The notes beneath the pieces are model-generated. The model worked only from the letters and a program-made list of their open reading frames with translations. It ran no database searches and was not told where the DNA came from. A DNA stretch of 64,000 bases from Trichoplax sp. H2 (lineage: Eukaryota), in NCBI GenBank assembly GCA_003344405.1, contig NOWV01000162.1:1-64000 (forward strand), in the 5' to 3' direction. Below are positions 54,280 to 64,000 of the stretch, piece by piece; position 1 is the first letter of the stretch, and each line of letters begins with the position of its first letter. Both the position numbers and the translations under genes were made by a program.

Positions 54280-57200
54280 ATGAGTAAAATCGCTTGTATT
54301 GATCAACCTACAGGTTGGCATGGCCTACCCAACGAACTGAAAACCCATATTGCAAGCTATTTGAATTCTAGCGATATGTCTCATTTATCGTTGGTAGATT
54401 GGCAATGCCGGGATTTGATCAATAGTCCTTTGTTATGGTTAGGCAAGACAATTGTTCTTAAGAAGAGGATAAGTAGTCAAGATCCATTTTGGTCCACGAT
54501 GAAAATTAGAAAGATCACTCAATTTGAGCTAGAAGATAAAGCTTGCGATCTGACTATTTTGAAAGCAATCGCTGCATTAGATATGCCAATTACAGTTATA
54601 AAATTCGAAATGATCGATAATGATATGTTACGATGTATGATTCAATTTACTTCCATCACTCATCTTCAATTAAGTAATTGCTCCTATTTTGATCATCAAG
54701 TTTTATTGGATACTTTAATCCATCTCAATTACTTAACTACATTAGCTTTAGATGCTTACAACTCATTAACTGATAAAACACTCTATCAACTTTGCTCCAA
54801 TTGTCCGTCATTATCAACACTGCGATTGCGATATTATCACAGTCCAGTGCCCATTAATCGTCGTAAATTTACCGGTATTGGTATACGCAAAGCGCTAGCT
54901 ACCTTAACTCGACTGGAAGAAATCGATTTCTCATTTTCTATCTTAGAAGATAGCCAATATGTATCGGATAATAGAGCCTGGAAATCGACCTTTTACCTAA
55001 TATTCTCGCCTATGAGATTAAAATTACATTTGCATGGTAAGTTGAGATGATTAATCAGTTCAATCCCCGCCTTATATTATTTTATCAATCACGAGCTTGT
55101 TAGTTCAGCTTATTCTTACTTGTATAACCCACGTATTTTCAAACTGCTCTTTGATTTTATAACCCTATTAATAGATCATCAATACTACGTGCCCCCAAAA
55201 GATATATTTTATGATTAGTCAATAGGTATGTTTCCCTAGGAAACGATACTATTTTTACCCGTTAGAATATCAGCATCGACGCTACCTGCACAAGTCACAG
55301 ACTCACTTGTTCGAACTAGGAGAGTACTTGTCAAAGTAAAAATCAAATTACTTTTTGAATTGAATTTATTTGTAACCGATTGATCGTCCATACTTGGTAT
55401 CTCTAAGCTATAGCAATAACGATCAATTTTATGAATAGTCTTCCTTTTCTACGAATCTACTCGCTTACTTGACAGCTATGCCACAGTTCTATCCTCTTAA
55501 AAGTACTTGTGAGAGAGTACTCATAAATTAGTTACTTTATGATATAATCATTCCATCATAAGGGAAATGTACATCAATCTTCACTTATTAGTATACTAAT
55601 TTAAATCAAGCAAACGGGGTTTACTGCTAGCTATCAAATTAGCATTTTAAAATCCAATACTATATGTATTTTACCAAACTAGATGGGCACACATAACATT
55701 GCCTTTAGGTACTCGTCCGTTCGTTAGCCCATTGACCATATAATAAAGGCGACTGATGGAAATCAGACTACACTTTTGGTAGTAAAAGTATAACTAAACT
55801 AAAAGGGCCTCTAAACAAGTACATCATAATCAGCTCACGATTATTTCATTAATAGCGTTGTGATCAACGAAATCGTTAAACTATTTACAGCGACGTTAAA
55901 CTGGTATTGCAGGATGGAAAAATATGAGGATAAATATTCGTATATTTATATTAAACAACTATATCGTTTTAACTAGAGTACAAAGTTATTGCAGGATCTG
56001 TCTGAAAATAATAACTTAATTTAAATAGTCATTTAATGTAGATATCTGACAATATTTGCATTTGTACCATTGATTCCTTGGTGTATAGTGACAATTTTAG
56101 TTGATATTATGATCATAAAATGAGATTCTGATTGCAAACTGTTAATTGTACCAATCTGAACAAAATTGCAACATTATCAATTGGGTTACACCTGAAGTTT
56201 TACACTTTTGCATACATTGGTGACGCCATCTACTGTTCTGGAATGAAGGAGTGTACCTAGTACATTTGGTACTTACTCATACCTTGCAAAATATAATTAG
56301 ATATTGACTAGCCAAGATTTCACGTAAAATTAAATGCTAAGCTTTTTTTCCTGAATTAAAACCTTTTGATTTTGATGTAGGATTATCTTTAATTCAAACT
56401 GTTGTATAATTTCCAACATTCGATATTTCTGGCAATGCCCTAATATAATCTGTCCCAGTGTCGTATGCCATTATAGTGCTAACCGTTATGATACCTAATC
56501 AGAAGTAATTACTATGATAGCAAATTGAGATCTTATATGATCACCAATTGATCTCTGGTAATAAAAGAGGACATTAGTACAACGTTACATTAGCCAATTA
56601 CCATAACGTAATCTCGATGTCATATTAAAAATTACTGCCATTACTTTATTCTCATGGACATAATGGAGTGTTACTGTATTAAAAGCATCAATTTTGTATT
56701 ACAGTATGCTTTGACTAATACCCTGTTATGCATTGACAATTATGTAGATAAAGTTGGCGAGGTGGTGGAAAATCCTTCTATAGTTATGAAATTAAAAAGA
56801 ATCGTTTTAGCGTATGCCAGAATTGAATTAACTTCCTTCCTAATGCAACATCATCAGAATTCTAATTTAAGCTGTTTGGATCTAAGTGGCCATTCGTTAC
56901 CTGATCGGTTTGCACAGAAGCTAGTTAAAGCAATACCGACACTACGAGAATTAAATCTATCAAGTACATTAACGATGATTAACACAACTAATTTTTTTTC
57001 CAATACAAAATCGCGTGGATCCTAATTTAAATGGTAAAAAAATAATTACTATCGAAAGATTAACCCATTTTTGCCCTCTTTATTTTTAGATACAGACTGC
57101 GATAATTCAATGCTAGCAAAACTGGGCAAATTACCTTTAATCAAATTAAATATTGAAAAATGTTATAAAATAAATGGTTATGGTTTATACGAAATGGCTC

Positions 57201-57737
57201 TACTAAACGGCCGCAGCATTCAACATTTAGGTATGTTAAAGCATTTGAATACCAATACCCCCTTTCAATAATTATACTTGCTCTTACTGATTAATTCTGT
57301 AGTAAATAACGATTTTTTATAACCGCACCAAAAACGACATTATCCGGTACCGGTTACGGAGTAGGTACTAACGTTTGGTAAATTATCATTATTCTATTTA
57401 CAGATATTTCATTTTGTGATATAGCAACTGAAAGATTGACTGCGGTGTCAGAGTTGTTTCCTAACCTAATATCCATTTATTTAAGGTATCGCCAATATAT
57501 CTTGTTAAATCGAACAATGATTGTTCCAAGTAATAAGCCAGAAGAAGATTAACGTGATTTTATTTACTATTCTTCATTGATAGGGGGTGTAAGCAGGTAG
57601 ACGACGATAGTTTTCTCGCTATTGGTAGCGGAAAATTTCTAAATTTTATTGATATTACTGGCTGTAAAAAAATTACTTCCAGTACAGTGCAAGAATTACG
57701 ATTAGTGAAACGTAACAAAATTTTAGTCAAACACTAA
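54280..57737 (+). CDS. F-box/leucine-rich-repeat protein (FBXL-like), about 449 aa
   Basis: N-terminal F-box (LPNELKTHIASYL...LSLVDWQCRDL...LW) and cysteine-containing LRRs (LQLSNC, LNIEKC, LDISFC, YLRGC, IDITGC). Exons 54280-55036, 56748-56963, 57090-57230, 57404-57485, 57584-57737 (1350 nt). Confidence 0.85.
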
Positions 57738-58394
57738 CACAGATTAGTAACAACCATTATAAAAGTGTTAAAAGATTACACGCAACTATTGCTAAAGTTA
57801 TTGCTGACTTTGAATATACTATTGAAACCCCTTATTTACGTATATAAATTACACGGTCATAAAATGACTTCGATTGGTGATGATTGATCCTTCCTTATGT
57901 TGTAAATATACGCTTATTGATTGCCTATGTCGATGTACCAATGTGTAATTATCAATCATATGAGTTTATATAAGTACAGTACTATAATAGCAGATACATG
58001 GTGCATAGGATATATAGTTGGATATTATACGTACTTTACCTGATTATGACAACATGTGCTGATAGATATTGATAAGTTGAGTAATTAGAAGACTTATTAT
58101 TTTGGAATAGTCTTGCAAGATAAGAAAACCTTATAGACTATGAATGAAGATACATATAACTGGATCATGACTTGTATCAACTAATATTTATATAAGCAAT
58201 CTTAAATTCTATGAATATATTTAATCAAAATTATGGTATACATGACTGTATTTATACATAATACATTATTAATGAAGAAAGAATTTGTAACTAGGCCTGA
58301 CGGCTGATTAATAAAATGATACGCTATATATCCCACATGAAGGGTCCTCTCTTTATTAAACTGTCTATTTAGTTCTTAGTTTATTGTCTATATT

Positions 58395-59369
58395 TTAACT
58401 AGTAGCCAATTCAGGTTGATTTATTACGTCATTAATGGAATCAGGAACATAACGACGTGTGCGGCAGCATAAGGAAGTAATGATTCCCATTGCATCGCTA
58501 TTCATGACTGTCATACTAATTGGAATGACTGCATAAAGGAAATAGGCAACCATTTGACATATTTGGGTAGTTATCTTGATCACCGAATTGTCTGAAATAA
58601 ATTCAAATTGCTGTAAAAATTGCAATGCCATAAAAGGTAGGCTAGATAGAACATAAATTATAACCATAGCTAGGATCGGCTTAGTTGCTTTCCATGTTTT
58701 ATTAGCTTTATGTGCTGCTTTGTTATTGGTACTATGTAAGCGATAACTACTGGAGCGATTTACTATAATTAATATAGCAATCGATGCTGTCATTGCTGTT
58801 AAAATTGGTAGTAAGGCGGTAAATATCTGCGAATATGCAGAATACAAATTGAACATGTTAATATTACCAGTAGGTTGGCATGATTGATGATTTAGTTGTA
58901 GCCATACTGTAACAGGAAGAATAGTTACAAATGATGAGAATAACCATAAGCAAAGAATAGCAATTACCACTCTTGATTTACTCATAATTTCCTCGTAACT
59001 GGAAGACCAACCAACTGCACATAATCTATCCATACTTAAAAGGCAGATATGATAGTGCATATTGATCGAAAATAATGGATAAAGTACTCGCTTAATCAGT
59101 TGGCATATTAATCCTAGATTTTCAAATGTAGTTTTACTCATTACAAGCGGTATTAGATATAGGATAGCAATAACTATAACACAAATACAGTAACTACCGA
59201 TAACAAGATTAGTTTTAGCACGAAGTCGAACTACCACCGAAATTAATAATAACTTGAATATATGAGTTATTAAAATCATAACCACAGTAGTATACCATCC
59301 GAGCTGGAGTAAAGTTGATAGAAACGAAAAACTAGCTTCTTCATTATCGATAACACTGGAATTACCCAT
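58395..59369 (-). CDS. Orphan rhodopsin-like (class A) GPCR, intronless, 324 aa
   Basis: Seven hydrophobic segments, N-terminal N-glycosylation site, TM3 Cys followed by CLLSMDRL (DRY-like), TM4 Trp, TM6 SSLPF. Confidence 0.85.
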   Translation of the reverse strand: MGNSSVIDNEEASFSFLSTLLQLGWYTTVVMILITHIFKLLLISVVVRLRAKTNLVIGSYCICVIVIAILYLIPLVMSKTTFENLGLICQLIKRVLYPLFSINMHYHICLLSMDRLCAVGWSSSYEEIMSKSRVVIAILCLWLFSSFVTILPVTVWLQLNHQSCQPTGNINMFNLYSAYSQIFTALLPILTAMTASIAILIIVNRSSSYRLHSTNNKAAHKANKTWKATKPILAMVIIYVLSSLPFMALQFLQQFEFISDNSVIKITTQICQMVAYFLYAVIPISMTVMNSDAMGIITSLCCRTRRYVPDSINDVINQPELATS

Positions 59370-61319
59370 ACTGATCGATGATCTTATGGATTAGTTAACT
59401 TAACAATCGAAAAAGCCTTTACCACTAATGGCTGCCAAATGGATTGCTATCGCAGTTGAATTAGATTTACGTTTACTTAACTTTTAGATAATTATAAAGC
59501 CTCGTGGTAGCAGTACTTGAAAATTTTGATCAACTTGGTTAGAACAGTGTAAATGATTGTGTGAGATCTCGAGAGAGAAAAAAATGGATAGACTAAGTAA
59601 CAAAATCCCTTTTAACGAAAGCGTTGGTGTTATTGTTGAAATAGTCTAGTTTACATGAATTATTAACCACTTGTCATGTTGTTAGGGGTGGAATTAATTA
59701 TTACTCTACAGATCAATTTACCATCAATTGTGTACTATCTTTGTTGTGTAATATATAGAATTAATGAAAATGACAGGTGTTGGATCAATATCCTATTATA
59801 TTATCGCAAGCATTCATGGATGATCAAATAATTTAACGTATGATAGAGTACTCGTGCAACATGGCATTCTTCCTGCATGTAGACTTTCTATATAATTCAA
59901 TTAATTAGCCAGATACAATGTCATAGCTACAATTTTAGTCATATGTTTGAATGATAGAATAAAAGCGGTCAGCAGTTGTATGATTCTAGTCCAGTTGTAA
60001 TCAGAAAATGTTAGCCAAATTTTCTACTTTGTTCTTCGAATGTAAACATATCAACAATAGTAAGAAAAAAAAATTAAAGTGAAAAATAAATAATATCATG
60101 GATATTACTGTTCTTAAAAGTTGAAAATAGATTATTCTAAGCATTAAGTGAAAGATTACTTAATATTATATTTCGCAAGGAAATTACAGTTATAACAAAA
60201 TGGCCGAAGTATCGTCTATACCCATGCCTTGTTTCATGTTATTGTTATCGGAAACAAACGGATAGTTTTGAGACAGTATTAGACATTATTATTATTTTGC
60301 AATAGGCCAGTTGTTTTGACAAAAAAAGATCCAAAGCTCTTTTTTGATTGTTACGATATAATTACTGTGTATCCTTACACTAACCTTGGTGAGAATCAAT
60401 AGTTATAGGTTTAAAATTTATTCAAACAGAAAGCACGCACAGCTTCATTTTCCTGCATATTACTCATAGCATAAAATAATAAGTTTGTAATAACTCTTTT
60501 TCTTCCAATAATGTACTCATTGAAGTCTAATAAAGTTAGATAAACACTGTGGAAAGAGAATGTTAACCTTATATCACTCGGTGTCAACCGTGAAGAATAA
60601 CAAAATAAGAACACAAAACTCTTTTCAATAGCCATTGGATTACGCCATGTTGAAACATAAATGACTAATTAATTATCTATTCTATCGGTAGGCCCTTGTT
60701 AGGCACAGATGACATTTTATACGTTGTAATAATCAATATTTTAAATTTCTTATTATAATATTATTAAACAAAACAGTTGACACAAATTATGCATTCTTAT
60801 ACTATCATGAAGAATATCAATTGACATTGTAATAATATGATTGATAGCATTAGCGATGTTTAATGGTTATGATTTGGACTATGATAGACGCAACCTGGGC
60901 TAATATATCATCCATTTCGTCCATGACGATAAGTATAGGCATCTCGATATGTTGTATACGAATAATCCAATTTTATTCTATCGACGGTATATCCAACACT
61001 AGCGACTAACTATAGTCGTTAATAGTCAATTAATTTGTTTTCCGACATTGTTACAGTTAATCAATAGACGCAATGTCATCTATTCAAAGTGTAAAGAGCT
61101 CTTGGCAGATACTGACTGTAGTGTTGCTATTTTCATTTACGATTGTATTATCTAATTAATTATTCTTTTGTTACAAGTTTTGTAAGCAAATGGACGCTAA
61201 TTAATTATATAATGCAGCCGAACTTCTCAGGCTGCGGTGTAGAAAATGTAAAATTGATCAAGAGAATAAAATTTCTGATTTATGGCTATAATACTAATTA
61301 AAGATTGTTAGAGGATATT

Positions 61320-62370
61320 TTAGCCTACTATTTTGTCTACGTATTAGTTGAATAAATCCTTTCGCCATTTAATTAAATCATAATTTATATTCTTGAGTAT
61401 TAACGGCCATTTCTGCCGCAAAAGTGAGACAAGGATCGTAGGATACAGAACACTATTTCTTAACTCAGTATCCATATTACAGTTGGCATAATTTAAATAT
61501 CCGTTGATGTTATTATCGGCATTGAATTGTATGAGATCACATGGCCAAGTTTTCTAGGTTACGGTGTCAAAAAAGTAAAGATTATCGTACTATTTCATCT
61601 ACGTATTAGTCGGATAATCTCTTTCGACATTTAGTTACACAATCATAATTTATATTCTTGAGCATTAGCGAACATTGCTATCACTGTTTTAAAGTGGAAA
61701 CAATGTAAGCAAGGATCGTAGAGTATGGTTAGCTATTTCCTAACCTAACATCGATATTTTAGTTGGTATGATTTATGCGTTAATGTTATATCGTACTAAT
61801 TTACCTATGTATTAGTCGTATAATCTCATTCGTCATTTGATTTACAATTACATTCTTGAGTTCAAACAGGCATTTCTTTCACTACTGTAAAGGTGGAAAG
61901 CACTAAAGAATCGTATAATATAAATAACTATCTCTGAGCCTAGCATATATATCTCCTTCGGCATAATTGATTCGTTAATGTTATTATCATACTGATCCAT
62001 CTACTTATTAGTTGGCTAATTACTTTCGTCATTTAGTTATGCTACAATAATTTATATTTTTGAGTATTAATAGATGAGCATTGCTATCACTGTTCTAAAG
62101 TGGGAGCCACTACAGACAAGAATCGTAATATACGAATAACTATTTCTTAGCTTAATATAGACGCATATATATATGTTATATATATATATTTTCAACGGAT
62201 AAATCATGCAAACTATAATTAGAGTTGGCAAGATTTATCCATTGCTGTTATTATTGTATAGATTCATCTACGTCAGATAATCTCTTGTATCCTTTAGTTA
62301 TGTAATCATTCATATTCTTGAGCTAAAATGGGCATTGCTATCGCTGTTTTAAGATGAGAACTACGGTAGG
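61320..62370. repeat. Degenerate tandem array, unit about 200-260 bp, about 5 copies
   Basis: ATTCTTGAG / ATTTTTGAG near 61389, 61654, 61852, 62056 and 62314, with TCTACGTATTAGT, GCATTGCTATC and AAGGATCGTA recurring. Confidence 0.75.
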
Positions 62371-62903
62371 CAATTTCATATTTCTGCATATGCGTTAGCA
62401 GGGGGGTCCTTGATCAGGTCCCGATGCTTCCACGTGAGTATATAGTATCGTATAGCACTGAGTAAAATATGCTTTTATATGAGCTGTAGAGCCATCTAGT
62501 GTACGGTGTGCAGTATTCTAAACTGTTCTTGCTGGGAGCTGCTAAAATTATACTACTATACACTATAGAGTACACACTACTGTATGATACAGTATATATC
62601 AGATTGTCGACCGGGTGACCCTACTTGTATCGCATGAACAAGTTGACGTATATTGCTATATTATAACTCAAACATGATATTTAGTTATTACTGTTAGTAT
62701 GCTGTTTGCATCATAATTTGAATTCAGTATAACATTAGAGATCATCCTTTGCGGTGGGAGCCAGCCATACATGGCTAATGGAACTTTCGTTGGTGGAGCG
62801 AGCTGGAAATCATCCGTTTCTACCTATAATTTACCTTATTAGTGGATGTTGATTAAAGACTAGGACATATCTGACAATTTTCATAGCTTAAAGCTATACT
62901 ACC

Positions 62904-63680
62904 ATGAAAAAAACCAAAAAGAGCCGCAGTGATACTGCTGTAAGTACACCTAATTCTCATACAAATGGATGCTGTTGGAATACAGTCAACTATTTCTTCA
63001 ATAAATATATGATTAATACAATAATTGCTGTGTAGGTTCAAGGAACTAATGATAACAGTATTGTTAGCAAGTTATCATCAGCTAAACATGGTTATTATCA
63101 AGATGATTTCTTGCAATATGTTGTTCAAAAGCCAGCGAGGAGATCACCATTAATAAATAGGTATGATGTTATATGTGTTTTAGGTTTGATTCGGGATGAT
63201 ATTGACTATAAATATAAAATGGATAATTGACATTAAATAATTTTATACCATCATTATAAGAATTTGCTTGCCAAGTTATGACTAACCTGATACTTTAACT
63301 TTTCTGTTGCCTTGTCTGAATTTGTAGGGGCTACTATATTCGAGCTAAAGCAATAGACTTTGTAATTCGAAAATTTTTAAGTTATAGCAATAATGATGAA
63401 GCAGCTAACAAAAATAAACAAGTACGTAAGCACCAACTACAATGATTATTGAGTCAAGCTTATACATAATAGCGAGTGTAAAACCATTTCTACTATAGAT
63501 TCTTATTCTCAAGTTAGAAGTTGTGCTTGATAAAATTGTAGCTCACATCATAACCTTACTTATTCATTCCGATTAATATAATGTATGTGAATATAGATTT
63601 TATCTTTAGGTGCTGGCTTTGATACATTATACTACCGATATCATTCATTAAATATGTTGGATTCAACAATTGTCTACGAG
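62904..63680 (+). CDS. LCMT2: tRNA wybutosine-synthesizing protein 4 / leucine carboxyl methyltransferase 2 (5' part; continues past the window)
   Basis: Exons 62904-62939 (MKKTKKSRSDTA), 63036-63160 (VQGTNDNSIVSKLS..GYYQDDF..RRSPLINR), 63328-63421 (GYYIRAKAID), 63597-63680 (ILSLGAGFDTLYYR..VYE; SAM-binding motif). VQGTND.SIVSK favours LCMT2/TYW4 over LCMT1. Not present in the ORF track. Confidence 0.88.
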
Positions 63681-64000
63681 GTCAGTGATACATACACTCT
63701 TACGATATGCGTTATATTCGTGCAATGTACAGCATAATGTTTGACGAGTAGTTTTAATCATATTCGCAATTCAACTTGTTCCTATACTTGTAATGAGGGA
63801 TAAGATACCTTAACTGATATGTTTCATATAAGAAATGTACAGTATATATTATATACGATAACATCTTCAAATTTGTGTTGTCTAGCTTTTTTTTACCGTT
63901 TAAACCATGAGCTTCAAGTAAAGTTAAAAATGAAGTTCAAAACTTCTTCCTCTATCAGTTACTTATTGTAGCTAAATATATATTGGATTGAGATAGGTAG

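Noticed and set aside
60411..60635. 74-aa minus-strand ORF and similar 60-100 aa ORFs in the intergenic regions
   Set aside because: No domain similarity or exon chaining; expected by chance in AT-rich DNA.
62385..62830. GC-richer patches faintly resembling U1 or U4 snRNA 5' ends
   Set aside because: The ACTTACCTG sequence, Sm site and remaining conserved structure are missing; more likely LCMT2 promoter sequence.
50044..63680. Two tRNA position-37 modification genes (OSGEPL1 and LCMT2) within about 11 kb
   Set aside because: Different compartments and pathways, separated by unrelated genes; probably coincidental.

Overview
AT-rich, intron-containing animal DNA with a compact gene layout. 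The low GC, short GT-AG introns and intronless divergent GPCRs suggest an early-branching metazoan such as a placozoan (Trichoplax-like); this is an inference. Gene order: (1) 3' end of an L1CAM/neuroglian-family gene (+); (2) intronless class C GPCR (-); (3) about 19 kb of non-coding DNA with degenerate tandem arrays and an assembly gap flanked by two haplotype-like copies; (4) a complete second L1-family paralog, 6 Ig + 4 FN3 + TM + tail (+); (5) a 55-aa TOMM7 missed by the ORF track (-); (6) ANKAR (+); (7) OSGEPL1/Qri7 (-), convergent with ANKAR as in human; (8) F-box/LRR gene (+); (9) orphan class A GPCR (-); (10) 5' part of LCMT2/TYW4 (+). Exon structures were read by hand from splice sites and checked for frame. 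No RNA genes, CRISPR arrays or autonomous transposons could be supported. The most notable points are the tandem L1 pair with divergent ankyrin motifs (FIGEY vs FIDQY) and micro-exons, the ANKAR-OSGEPL1 microsynteny, and an allele-specific 105-bp cassette of palindromic repeats.
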